64,000 nt of DNA from an uncultured bacterium. GTDB lineage: Bacteria; Patescibacteriota; Minisyncoccia; Phycocordibacterales; UBA11359. Where the stretch lies: NCBI GenBank assembly GCA_903831815.1, contig CAIKZC010000005.1:69-64068 (forward strand), given 5' to 3'. The notes beneath the pieces were generated by a model. It worked only from the letters and a program-made list of their open reading frames with translations, did no database searches and was not told the origin of the DNA. Shown here piece after piece: positions 23,354 to 32,836 of this stretch; the first letter of the stretch is position 1, and the number at the start of each line of letters is the position of its first letter. The position numbers and the translations under genes are program-made.

Positions 23354-23564
23354 TTATTTTCGGATACCTTTACAAATACCATCAAATAATGTATAATATA
23401 CCAAGATTGAACGTTGAAAAACTTGCAAGTGGTCATAGCCAAAAGGTGCGGAAAGGCTCAATAATTCGGCATTTATTGGCTATGACTACCAATGTGGTAC
23501 GTCCTCTAGCAAAAACTTGTCAGCGTGTCCGTATTACGGGCGTGCTAAAACAAAGGAGACTGTC

Positions 23565-24179
23565 ATGAAGGCGGCAACAGCTGTCAACGGCGGTCCAGAT
23601 GAAGTTCGGGAAGAGGGTCGTCGGTTGCCCTATGAATTGCAGGGGCAACTGCATGCCAAGTTTGTGGAGTGTCTGAACCAGATAAAAGCGGGAAATTTTA
23701 GCGCGCAATATTTTGGGAATCTCCTGCAGAAAACAACTGAAGGGGTAAGGTTCGTCGAAGAGTACATCATTGATTTCGACACTGCACCATTCTGTCCAGA
23801 AGGCTGGATTGTGGTTGAACACAAACCATGTGGAACATGGAAGTTTAATCCCGAGCATGTTATACCCCATCTTTTTCCAAGACAAGAGGGTAGTGGGAAG
23901 ATTTTGGGTATAAATCTCCGCAAAGACCTCGCTCTGATGCCAGTCGTGAATGCCAACTTGCTGGATCATTTCTACCTGAAGAACCCGGAGTTAATCCCCA
24001 AAGAATGGGAATGGAAAGAGGTCTACTTCTGGGGGACTATCTACGAGGATGAGTTTTACAAGCTGTGCGTTCGCTGCCTTACACATCGAGACGGCATGTG
24101 GAAGTGGGGATACAGACATCTAACTTCTTTTTGGGGGTACAACGCTCCTGCTCTTGTCTTTGCAAGTTTCAGTGCCTAA
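23565..24179 (+). CDS. Orphan protein with DGR-target-like (CLec-like) C-terminus, unit 2
   Basis: AAGGAG SD before MKAAT; NPELIPKEW..KEVYFWGTIY...CVRCL...GMWKWGYRHL...W....PALV. Confidence 0.82.
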   Translation: MKAATAVNGGPDEVREEGRRLPYELQGQLHAKFVECLNQIKAGNFSAQYFGNLLQKTTEGVRFVEEYIIDFDTAPFCPEGWIVVEHKPCGTWKFNPEHVIPHLFPRQEGSGKILGINLRKDLALMPVVNANLLDHFYLKNPELIPKEWEWKEVYFWGTIYEDEFYKLCVRCLTHRDGMWKWGYRHLTSFWGYNAPALVFASFSA

Positions 24180-24180
24180 A

Positions 24181-24243
24181 ACGCATTCCAACGCGTGATT
24201 GTAAAAAATGGAAAAGCCCCTGCACTTCAAGTGCGGGGGTTTA
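24181..24243 (+). repeat. 63-bp 3' direct repeat with hairpin and intrinsic terminator (copy 2)
   Basis: 62/63 identical to 23291-23353. Confidence 0.92.
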
Positions 24244-24256
24244 ATATTTATATATT

Positions 24257-24370
24257 AAGAAAAACAAAAACACTAGTTTGAGGGGGTCCGAGCCGCGACT
24301 GGCGGCGAGATTCAGGAAATTTCTAGCAAGAAATTTCCGTACCCGAACAACTAGTGTTTTTGTTTTTCTT
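24257..24370 (+). repeat. Dispersed structured repeat, copy D
   Basis: 22-bp perfect outer IR; GCCGC-GACTG-GCGGC and GGAAATTTCT-AGCA-AGAAATTTCC; 1 nt from the dnaE stop. Confidence 0.85.
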
Positions 24371-24371
24371 C

Positions 24372-27300
24372 TTATTGAACTTTCTTGATGATCTCCGCGA
24401 GGACGCTCATGGCGCCGTTGCGTTCGGTAATTTTTCCTTTGATGGCGATGCAGGTGTCGGCGACTAAAATATCCTTGTATTTTTCAAAAGTTTTTGGAAA
24501 GGCGACGGCCTCCATGCTGCCGCTTTTGTCGGTAATTTTTATGAAAGCCATTTCACTGTCGTTTTTGGTTTTGATGACGCGAATCGTTTCAATGACACCG
24601 CAAATAATCGTGACGACGCCGGCTTTGAGAGTTTCTTTGCATTTGGCGATTTGTCCAATCGATTTTACTTTTTCAGTGTAAAGATCGAGAGGGTGACCGG
24701 AAATGTACAAACCAAGCAACTCTTTTTCCCAAGCTAATTTATCGGTCATGGTGGCTTCCGGCATTTTTTCAAGTTTGAGCCCTGTTGAAGCGCTACTTAA
24801 TCCCAAAAATAGGGAATCCTGCGGTGCGGCACCTTTTTCTTTGTTGTATGAAAGTATTCCTTCAATATTGCCGAGCAATTGACCACGTTCGCCGAAAGCG
24901 TCCATGGCACCTGCTTTGATCAGAGCTTCCAAAGATTTTTTGTTGAGATTGCGATCCTTGATACGATCGAGGAAATTTTCGAGTGATGAAAATTTGCCAC
25001 CTTTTTTTCGTTCGGCAATGATGAAACCTGAAATACCTTCGCCAAAGTTTTTAATCGTGTTGAGTCCGAAGCGGATCACATTTTTCTTTACAATTGTGCC
25101 GTCCGTTTTTGCAACTTCTTTTTTCAAAATCGTAAACTCTTCATGACTTTGGTTGACGTCGGGTGGCAAAACTTCGATACCCATACGTTTACATTCGGCG
25201 ATAGATTCGGCAACTTTTTCCACGTCACCTGATTCGGCTGAAAGTACGGCGGCCATATATTCGCCTGGGTGATTGGCTTTGAGGTAGGCGGTGATGTAAG
25301 CGACGCGACCATAGGAAACGGAGTGAGCTTTGTTAAAACCGTAGGCAGCAAATGGCTCGATCCAGAGCCAAATTTCCTGAGCTTTTTTCTCAGGCCAACC
25401 GGAATGTTTGATACAACCTTGAATGAATTTTTCTTTTTGCTTAGCCATTTCCTCCGGAATTTTTTTACCGACAGCCTTGCGGAATTTATCAACTTCACCC
25501 CAACTGTAGCCGGCGAGTTTGTTGGCCATCATGAGCAAGTCGTCCTGATAAACGAGAATACCGTAAGTTTTTTCCAAAATCGGTTTAAGAGCGGGGTCGA
25601 GATATTTAATTTTTGAATTATCGTGTTTGCGGGCAATGTAATCGGGAATAAATTGAATTGGGCCAGGACGATAAAGCGCGACCATGGCGTTGATATCATG
25701 AATGGTTGTTGGTTTGAGTTCAACGAGGAATTTGGTCATACCACTACCGTTGAGTTGGAAAGTGTCGGCGGTTTCGCCGCGAGCCAACATCGCGAAAGTT
25801 TTTTTGTCAGTGACCGGAATTGTGTCGACATCAAGTTGGATTTTTTCAGTGATGGCAATTAAACGAATCGCATCGGCAATAATTGAAAGGTTTTTAAGTC
25901 CAAGAAAGTCGAATTTTAGAAGACCGGCTTCTTCGACCGAATACATATCATATTGAGTGATGATCTTGTTTTCGCCTTTTGGATCGAACTGAAGGGGAGT
26001 GAAATCCATCAAGTCGGTCGGGGCAATCACGACGCCGGCGGCGTGAATACCAACGTGACGAGCGGAGCCTTCGATCTTCATAGCCATGTCAACAATGGTT
26101 TTGACTTCTTCACTTTCGTCGTACATTTTTTTGAGTTCGGGGGCTTCTTCGAGAGCGCGCTCTAGGGTCATCGGGAAACCTTGCGAGCCCATTGGCACGG
26201 CTTTAGCGATTGTGTCACTGAGTTGTATCGCGTACCCTAGAGCGCGCGCCGCATCTCGCACAGACCCGCGAGCCGCCATCGTTCCGAAAGTTCCGATTTG
26301 CGCCACTTTGTCGTGTCCGTATTTTTGACGAGCATATTCCACCATTTCGTCACGTCGATCATCGGCAAAGTCCATATCAATATCGGGCGCCGATGGACGT
26401 TCAGGGTTCAAAAATCTTTCGAAAGGAATTTGATATTCAAGCGGGTCGATATTGGTAATACCGGAAAGATATGTGACCATCGAACCGGAAACCGAACCTC
26501 TAATGTTCGAGAGGATTCCGTGTGTGCGGGCATAGTGCAACAAGTCGGCCACGACCAAAAAGTAAGGTGAATAACCTTTGTTTTTAATAACTTCCAATTC
26601 ATATTCAACACGTTTCAGGATGTCTTCAGTTTTTTGAACATTTCTTTTTTCAAATCCGGCATAAACAGTATCACGCAAAGCTTCATCATACGTTTTGCCT
26701 GCCGGCGCTTCAATGGCAGGAAAAACCCATGAACCAAGTACGATCTCCAAATTGCATTTGTCGACGATTTTCTGGACGTTTTCAATCGCTTCCGGCGTAT
26801 CTTTAAAACTTTCTTCCATTTGTTCCGGAGATCTAAAAGAAAAATCTTCTTCGTCGTCACCCCGATCGCTCGGATCATTGTTGGATTGCACGGAAAGCAA
26901 AGTCTGACGAGCTTTGCGGTCTTCGGGATTCATATAATAGATCTCATGCGCGGCAATCAGCGGAACACTTTTAGCTTTACTCAATTTCTTGAGGTCTTTC
27001 ATCAACGTGTCGTGATTTTCCAATTCCGGATGATTGGTGATCTCGAGGTAAAAATCATCACCAAAAGTTTTTTTGTAAAAGTCCAAACGTTCTTCCGCTT
27101 TTTCATGATCGGACATGCGGAGTGCTGTCGTAATGTCGCTACCGAGTGCCGGAGCGATTGCAATAATTCCTTCGCGATATTTTTCAAGCAACTCTCTGTC
27201 TACGCGAGGTTTGTAATAAAAACCTTCGAGGTGAGAATAAGTGACGATTTTAATTAAATTTTTGTAACCGATTGCATCTTTGGCGATCAGAATAAGACGG

Positions 27301-27560
27301 GAACGACGTTTGTCGATAGACTCTTTATCTTTGCGACCGCGAAGCGCGACATACGCATCCACTCCGATGATCGGTTTGATTCCTTCCTTTTTGCATTCTT
27401 TATAAAACTCGATCGTGGCATACATGTTGCCATTATCTGTGAGGGCAAGAGCCGACATTTCATATTTTTTGGCGGCTTTTACGAGGTCCGGAATTTTAGG
27501 TAGGGCATTAAGCAGGGAGTAGTGGGAGTGGGTGTGGAGGTGCGAGAAGCGGGCTGTCAT
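24372..27560 (-). CDS. dnaE: DNA polymerase III alpha subunit
   Basis: PHP domain HLHTHSHYS, FERFLNPER..PDIDMDF, KFDFLGL, YGFNKAHS. Confidence 0.98.
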   Translation of the reverse strand: MTARFSHLHTHSHYSLLNALPKIPDLVKAAKKYEMSALALTDNGNMYATIEFYKECKKEGIKPIIGVDAYVALRGRKDKESIDKRRSRLILIAKDAIGYKNLIKIVTYSHLEGFYYKPRVDRELLEKYREGIIAIAPALGSDITTALRMSDHEKAEERLDFYKKTFGDDFYLEITNHPELENHDTLMKDLKKLSKAKSVPLIAAHEIYYMNPEDRKARQTLLSVQSNNDPSDRGDDEEDFSFRSPEQMEESFKDTPEAIENVQKIVDKCNLEIVLGSWVFPAIEAPAGKTYDEALRDTVYAGFEKRNVQKTEDILKRVEYELEVIKNKGYSPYFLVVADLLHYARTHGILSNIRGSVSGSMVTYLSGITNIDPLEYQIPFERFLNPERPSAPDIDMDFADDRRDEMVEYARQKYGHDKVAQIGTFGTMAARGSVRDAARALGYAIQLSDTIAKAVPMGSQGFPMTLERALEEAPELKKMYDESEEVKTIVDMAMKIEGSARHVGIHAAGVVIAPTDLMDFTPLQFDPKGENKIITQYDMYSVEEAGLLKFDFLGLKNLSIIADAIRLIAITEKIQLDVDTIPVTDKKTFAMLARGETADTFQLNGSGMTKFLVELKPTTIHDINAMVALYRPGPIQFIPDYIARKHDNSKIKYLDPALKPILEKTYGILVYQDDLLMMANKLAGYSWGEVDKFRKAVGKKIPEEMAKQKEKFIQGCIKHSGWPEKKAQEIWLWIEPFAAYGFNKAHSVSYGRVAYITAYLKANHPGEYMAAVLSAESGDVEKVAESIAECKRMGIEVLPPDVNQSHEEFTILKKEVAKTDGTIVKKNVIRFGLNTIKNFGEGISGFIIAERKKGGKFSSLENFLDRIKDRNLNKKSLEALIKAGAMDAFGERGQLLGNIEGILSYNKEKGAAPQDSLFLGLSSASTGLKLEKMPEATMTDKLAWEKELLGLYISGHPLDLYTEKVKSIGQIAKCKETLKAGVVTIICGVIETIRVIKTKNDSEMAFIKITDKSGSMEAVAFPKTFEKYKDILVADTCIAIKGKITERNGAMSVLAEIIKKVQ

Positions 27561-27611
27561 GGGTTCATTATACTATCAATTTTCAAAAAACTAAAAAGTA
27601 ACATTTGCTTC

Positions 27612-27708
27612 CAAAAATACTGTCTGCAGGGCACGGATAAATTTTTGCTAAAATTTTCCTCGTGTTCGCGCCGGTCGCGCTCACAAGTCCCTGCAGACAG
27701 TACTTTTG
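27612..27708 (-). repeat. Dispersed structured repeat, copy E
   Basis: Outer IR TACTGTCTGCAGGG/CCCTGCAGACAGTA; minus-strand core GCGC-GACCG-GCGC and AAATTTT-AGCA-AAAATTT. Confidence 0.8.
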
Positions 27709-27838
27709 TACACAAATATTACATATTGCATTTATGTGTAATTTATGGCATTATGCAGCGCAGAATACGGTATCGAGCCACCTCAAACCCCGGCTATGTA
27801 GTCGGAAGGGGAATGTGCAGAAACCGTAAAGGAGTTCT

Positions 27839-28375
27839 ATGTCATACGTGTCACATTTTCTTTCTCTACCCTTTTACCAGCAAATTCCGGCGGCGGCACT
27901 CATCGTTTTGATTGCTGTCTGCCTACTCCGATTGGTCAGAAGACCTGGCTTATTTCGCGGTAGCAACTGGAAGCCTGTCGTTTGCATATGTTCTAATGGC
28001 CGTGGTCAAATTGGGGTTGTTCTCCAACGTGATAAGCGCAAAGCTTCCAAATCGCATTGGAAAGAAATGCGGAAGTATATCAAGGAAGATAAAAAGAAGG
28101 GGAAAATCTACTCACCCAGAGTGTGGCGTCCCGTAATCGAATACGGATCAAAATTCGATAGGGACATGGTCTTTGTTTTTGATCATGACAATAACGGGTT
28201 GAAACAATTACTCGACTTATGTCTTGTTGAAGAAGACAACTTTTTTGTTTATTTTGAGCCAGTTCCTGATGGAAACAAAACGTTCAAAGATGCCTACCGG
28301 CACTTCTTCGGTCGGGAATACCAACTTCCGTGGCCAGAGAATGACGATGCCTGTTGGTGGCTTGGTAAGGCTTGA
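27839..28375 (+). CDS. Orphan protein with N-terminal TM helix
   Basis: AAAGGAG SD, TTGCAT/CATTAT promoter, terminator 28398-28433. Confidence 0.75.
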   Translation: MSYVSHFLSLPFYQQIPAAALIVLIAVCLLRLVRRPGLFRGSNWKPVVCICSNGRGQIGVVLQRDKRKASKSHWKEMRKYIKEDKKKGKIYSPRVWRPVIEYGSKFDRDMVFVFDHDNNGLKQLLDLCLVEEDNFFVYFEPVPDGNKTFKDAYRHFFGREYQLPWPENDDACWWLGKA

Positions 28376-28474
28376 TTGAGTGGTGACGAGATTGTGTCCC
28401 GAGGAAGCGCTTGCGCTTTCTCGGGTCTTTTTTGTATTTTATATTCATCACATTTTGAGTGCTATAATTAAAAA

Positions 28475-29116
28475 GTGAAAGTTTCTAAAAATATTAAATA
28501 CATAATTGGCATTGATGAAGCAGGGAGAGGACCTCTGGCGGGACCGGTCTCCGTTGGTGTGTGTTTGTTGTCGGCTAAAATGACGCGAAATAATTTTAGA
28601 GGCATTCGCGACTCCAAAAAACTTTCGGAAAAAATGCGAGATGTGTGGTTTGCAAAAATGTGCGAGAAGCAAGAGAAATTTAATTACAAAAAATTAAATA
28701 CACCGGATGCTCTGGATTTTTCGGTGACCTTAATTTCAAATAAAATAATTGACCGACGTGGAATTAATTTTGCGATCAGAAAAGCCATGAACGACTCGCT
28801 TAAAAAACTTCAGTTAAAAAATAAATTAAAACCATGCGAGTGTCTGGTTTTACTGGATGGTGGACTTCGTGCGCCCGCGGAATTTCCTTTTCAAAAAACA
28901 ATCATCAAAGGCGACGAAAAAGAATTTTCAATTTCACTCGCGTCCATTGCAGCCAAAGTAACCCGTGATGCCTATATGAAAAAACTAGCCAAAAAGCACC
29001 CACTTTACGGTTTTGAAGTTCATAAGGGCTATGGCACTGCCAAACATATTACTGCTATCAAAAAAGAGGGAACTAGCCTTATTCATAGGGCTAGTTTCCT
29101 GCGAAATATCGTCTAA
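28475..29116 (+). CDS. rnhB: Ribonuclease HII
   Basis: GIDEAGRGPLAGPV, DSKKLS, IIKGD, SIAAKVTRD, HKGYGT. Confidence 0.96.
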   Translation: MKVSKNIKYIIGIDEAGRGPLAGPVSVGVCLLSAKMTRNNFRGIRDSKKLSEKMRDVWFAKMCEKQEKFNYKKLNTPDALDFSVTLISNKIIDRRGINFAIRKAMNDSLKKLQLKNKLKPCECLVLLDGGLRAPAEFPFQKTIIKGDEKEFSISLASIAAKVTRDAYMKKLAKKHPLYGFEVHKGYGTAKHITAIKKEGTSLIHRASFLRNIV

Positions 29117-29233
29117 TTTAATGCTTGACTTTTAGGTCAAATATGCTATAATACCTTCAGAGTGAATGGGGGCCAATTCGGCAACCTGCTCTTTGATACA
29201 AAGTAATGTTCTAGTTTGAAAGGCGGGTCAGCT

Positions 29234-30010
29234 ATGATCGGTGAACACCCTACAATCGTTCGTTTAGAGCCCTCGGTTCAGCAGAATCAGGGGGAGTCGG
29301 CAATTCCGGTTGAAAAACCTGTCGCGCCGGACGCAGTTGTTCGGCCGGCAACAGTTCAGCCAGCAAAGACACTTGAGGAAACTATTAAGCAGATTCCTCG
29401 TGTTCAGGCCTCGTGGGCAAAAGATGGTGTCACATCCTTCTATTGTGGAATCTTTGCGGCTCTTTGGCAGAATGAGGGACTTTGTTTCCGAACAATCCCC
29501 TCGTTCAGTCCGAAGTTCAGAACGACCCAGTTCAAGGCTCCTGGTGGAGACGATAACCAGACGTACGAGATTCCTGTTGATTGTGCCGCAAGGGAATGGA
29601 AAGAGGAGGTCATGAAGCCTCATTCCAAGGTTTTCTTGCCGACTGCGGATATCAGATGTATTTATGTGCGTGACGTTCAACCGGATGAAAAGTTCCCGGA
29701 CGGCATCCACAGGAAATCGTTCTGGTTCGTCTGGGAGAATTCTTTGCCGAACTACCGTAATGCGGGTGTTCATTTCCGGACGAACAATAAGGATGATGGC
29801 GACAACATCCTGCTCCCGCCTGTAATGAAGCAGGCCACTTGGCTTGCAGGCAATATCTACAAGACGCATCTGCACGCCTTGGCTCTTGCCATCTTGACTG
29901 CAGTCAATGATGACGATCGTCTTCTGGAAGTTGTTCCTGAGAGACTGCTCGATTGGGCAGAGCTTCCCGAACATGTCGTTGGTGGGAGGCCGATCTACTA
30001 CAGGGCCTGA
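29234..30010 (+). CDS. Orphan protein
   Basis: TTGACT/TATAAT promoter, boxA-like TGCTCTTTGATA at 29187, AAGGCGG before the ATG, terminator 30046-30095. Confidence 0.72.
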   Translation: MIGEHPTIVRLEPSVQQNQGESAIPVEKPVAPDAVVRPATVQPAKTLEETIKQIPRVQASWAKDGVTSFYCGIFAALWQNEGLCFRTIPSFSPKFRTTQFKAPGGDDNQTYEIPVDCAAREWKEEVMKPHSKVFLPTADIRCIYVRDVQPDEKFPDGIHRKSFWFVWENSLPNYRNAGVHFRTNNKDDGDNILLPPVMKQATWLAGNIYKTHLHALALAILTAVNDDDRLLEVVPERLLDWAELPEHVVGGRPIYYRA

Positions 30011-30138
30011 GACAAGACACAATCGCTTTCTTTTAGTAGGTCGCGAGCCGCTGAGATTTTACACACCAAGTGTGCGACTTCTCGGCGGTTTTTTCTTACG
30101 CTTGATAAATTTAATAAGTAGTGTATACTAGCCCTTAT

Positions 30139-30363
30139 ATGGTAAATCACATGCGACACACGCACTCTCAGAGTGCACAACGACGTTCACATCACGCCCT
30201 TGCTGGGGTGCGTGTTACCCTTTGTGAAAGCTGCGGATCACCCCGAATGAACCACCGAGCCTGCACCAATTGCGGTAAATACAACAAGCGCGAAGCTTTA
30301 AATGTTTATAAAAATTTAGATAAAAAAGCTAAAAAAACCAAAGAAAAAGTCGCAAGAAGTTAG
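30139..30363 (+). CDS. rpmF: 50S ribosomal protein L32
   Basis: RRSHHAL...CESCG..RMNHRACTNCGKY. Confidence 0.94.
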   Translation: MVNHMRHTHSQSAQRRSHHALAGVRVTLCESCGSPRMNHRACTNCGKYNKREALNVYKNLDKKAKKTKEKVARS

Positions 30364-30406
30364 AAAAAATTAGAAGTTGTAGTTCTTTAAGTTCTTACAA
30401 AAAAAT

Positions 30407-31330
30407 ATGGCAAATCGTCACCTCGCTCGTTCCACAGTTCTCCAAGCTCTCTTTGAGTGGGACTTTAGTAACAGAAAAAACGACGAAGCGGTGGCGGTTT
30501 TGCGTCGTGACTCGGCTGAGTTTGCACCAAACGCCGGTGATCCTTCTTTCATGGAAAAACTCCTTGAAGGTGTGATTGCCAAACGTAAAGATATTGATTC
30601 TATTATTGAAAAGGCGGCACCGGATTGGCCGATTGAAAAGATCTCTATAATTGATCGAAATATTTTGCGTATCGGTTTATATGAACTGCTTTTTTCGGCT
30701 CGTAACGAAGTGCCGGCGAAGGTGGCGATCAACGAGGCGATTGAATTGGCCAAGACGTACGGCGGCGATACATCAGGTCGGTTTGTAAACGGAGTTTTGG
30801 GTGCAGTTTACAAAGAACTTGGCGAGCCTGGCAAAGACGAAGTTTCCAAAAAGAAAACCAAGGAAATTCCGCGAGCCGAAATGCCGCTTGAACGTTTAGG
30901 TGGTGCTATTATTTACGCCAAGAATGGTTCTGATATATATGTCGCTTTGGTGCATGATGTGTTTGGACACTGGACACTTTCCAAAGGCAAAATCGGCGAT
31001 CGAGAGGAGATTAAAAACGAAAGCGTTGAGGAAGGCACGGTGCGAGAAATAAAAGAAGAACTTGGTTTGGATATTACCATACAAGAAAAACTTGGTGAAA
31101 ATGAATACATTGCTTGCGATCCGGAGAAAGGCAAGAAACGAAAACATGTTCATTATTTTTTGGCCGAGTCACCTTATGTGGAAATAACACCAGAGAAGAA
31201 AGGGGGACTTGATGACGCGAAATGGTTCAAGCTTGCCGATATACTTGACTTAAATTTTTATAATGATATTTTGCCTATTGTGACCAAATCGGTAGAACTA
31301 ATCTTAAAAAGAACAGGTAGAGATAAATAA
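30407..31330 (+). CDS. nusB: Transcription antitermination factor NusB fused to a C-terminal Nudix hydrolase
   Basis: RHLARSTVLQALFE, IDRNILR, INEAIELAKTYG, FVNGVL; then a Nudix box KGKIG....E..EEGTVREIKEELG. Confidence 0.92.
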   Translation: MANRHLARSTVLQALFEWDFSNRKNDEAVAVLRRDSAEFAPNAGDPSFMEKLLEGVIAKRKDIDSIIEKAAPDWPIEKISIIDRNILRIGLYELLFSARNEVPAKVAINEAIELAKTYGGDTSGRFVNGVLGAVYKELGEPGKDEVSKKKTKEIPRAEMPLERLGGAIIYAKNGSDIYVALVHDVFGHWTLSKGKIGDREEIKNESVEEGTVREIKEELGLDITIQEKLGENEYIACDPEKGKKRKHVHYFLAESPYVEITPEKKGGLDDAKWFKLADILDLNFYNDILPIVTKSVELILKRTGRDK

Positions 31331-31336
31331 ACTTTT

Positions 31337-32035
31337 ATGCTTAATACGATAGATTTCTCAAAATTCGAAAATTACGCCGGAACGACTTTTAAAAACAAAC
31401 AACTTTTGCGACATGCTTTCGTGCATCGCTCTTATTTAAATGAAAATAAATCTTCAGTACTGGAACACAACGAACGTTTGGAATTTTTAGGAGATGCCGT
31501 ATTGGAATTGGTTGTGACGGAATTCCTTTTTAAAAAATTTCCGACAAAACCGGAAGGTGAATTGACCGCTTATCGTTCGGCTTTGGTGAACGCTAACACG
31601 CTCGCGTCCGTCGCCGAAGGTATTCATGTTAATGATTTTTTGCTGCTTTCCAAAGGTGAGGCTAAAGATAAAGGACGCGCTCGACAAGTGATCATGGCTA
31701 ATGCCATGGAGTCTATTATTGGTGCAATCTTTTTGGATAGCGGATATGCGGCGGCGGAAAAATTTGTGGCGCAACACATTTTACTTTTGACCGAAAAAAT
31801 TATTGAACAAGGTAGTTTTATCGATTCAAAAAGTTTATTTCAGGAAAAAGCTCAGGAAAATACCGGAATCACGCCGGCTTACAAAACGCTCAAAGAGGAA
31901 GGTCCGGATCACAGCAAAATTTTTACTATAGGTGTTTATCTTGAAACGGAACTAGTTGTTCAGGGTCAAGGTAAATCTAAACAAGAGGCTGAACAAGATG
32001 CCGCTCAAAAGGCCTTGAAAATCAAAGGCTGGTAA
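31337..32035 (+). CDS. rnc: Ribonuclease III
   Basis: HNERLEFLGDAVL signature and C-terminal dsRBD. Confidence 0.97.
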   Translation: MLNTIDFSKFENYAGTTFKNKQLLRHAFVHRSYLNENKSSVLEHNERLEFLGDAVLELVVTEFLFKKFPTKPEGELTAYRSALVNANTLASVAEGIHVNDFLLLSKGEAKDKGRARQVIMANAMESIIGAIFLDSGYAAAEKFVAQHILLLTEKIIEQGSFIDSKSLFQEKAQENTGITPAYKTLKEEGPDHSKIFTIGVYLETELVVQGQGKSKQEAEQDAAQKALKIKGW

Positions 32036-32130
32036 GGGTATTTTGGAATTAATTCTATACAACACTTCTCACTTGAAAAAGGCTTGAGGAGGTTTATAAT
32101 TACCTTAATTACCAAATAACTGAAATTCGT

Positions 32131-32703
32131 ATGAGTGAAAACAAGAACACGAGTGGGGGAAATGCAGAGGTGAGTCAGGGGTTGGCTGAAAATGTTTGGA
32201 CGGTCGGTGCCGTAATGTTGGTCGTCGGTTTGGTTGGAGGATTTTTTATCGGAAGATATTGGCAGACTGTAAAGCCATTGGTTGATAGCGATCAGGTAAA
32301 TGTTGCGACTAGCACGGAATCGACGTCTTCTTCTTTGACTTCGTCCGGTGCAGTGTTTGCGCCGACAAATACTTACAAAACTATCAATTCATCTTCATCC
32401 GTTTCGGTTGATGACCAACGTGCCGGTAGCTTGGTTTTTATCAAGCATGCGGAAGTTTCGGAACCGACATGGATCACGATTCGGGAAATTGTTGACGGCT
32501 CGATAGGAAATATCCTTGGTGCGGAAATGGTAACTAGTCCGACGGACGATGTACCCGTAACGTTACTTCGAGCGACGGTTGCCGGAAAGAAATACGCGAT
32601 CTTTCTCTATCAGGATGACGGCAATGGTCAGTTTGATTTCAAAAAGGATTTTCTCGTGATGCAAGGTCAAGCACCTGTAGCCGCTATGTTTACCGCAGAA
32701 TAA
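32131..32703 (+). CDS. Hypothetical membrane-anchored protein
   Basis: TM helix VWTVGAVMLVVGLVGGFFIG, Ser/Thr linker, YQDDGNGQFDF. Confidence 0.78.
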   Translation: MSENKNTSGGNAEVSQGLAENVWTVGAVMLVVGLVGGFFIGRYWQTVKPLVDSDQVNVATSTESTSSSLTSSGAVFAPTNTYKTINSSSSVSVDDQRAGSLVFIKHAEVSEPTWITIREIVDGSIGNILGAEMVTSPTDDVPVTLLRATVAGKKYAIFLYQDDGNGQFDFKKDFLVMQGQAPVAAMFTAE

Positions 32704-32709
32704 GTGTAT

Positions 32710-32822
32710 ATAAAATAAAAAATGTCGATTTCCGAGTGCCTTGCGCAGGCCGACGGGCCGAGCGGAGCAATCCGCCAGCAGGCGGATATGCGTGCATCTC
32801 GGAAACGACTTTTTTATTTTAT
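32710..32822 (+). repeat. Dispersed structured repeat, copy F
   Basis: Bulged outer IR; GGCC-GACG-GGCC and ATCCGCC-AGCA-GGCGGAT; overlaps the smc promoter region. Confidence 0.85.
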
Positions 32823-32836
32823 GCTATATTTAATGT

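Noticed and set aside
23291-24243. CRISPR array or integron attC cassettes
   Set aside because: Only two 63-bp copies 890 bp apart, terminator-like, with no RYYYAAC/GTTRRRY boxes and no cas or intI gene.
29264-30022. 252-aa antisense ORF (also 34315-35076, 11623-12225, 15761-16267 and similar)
   Set aside because: Shadow ORFs opposite well-supported genes, with no expression signals or recognisable motifs.
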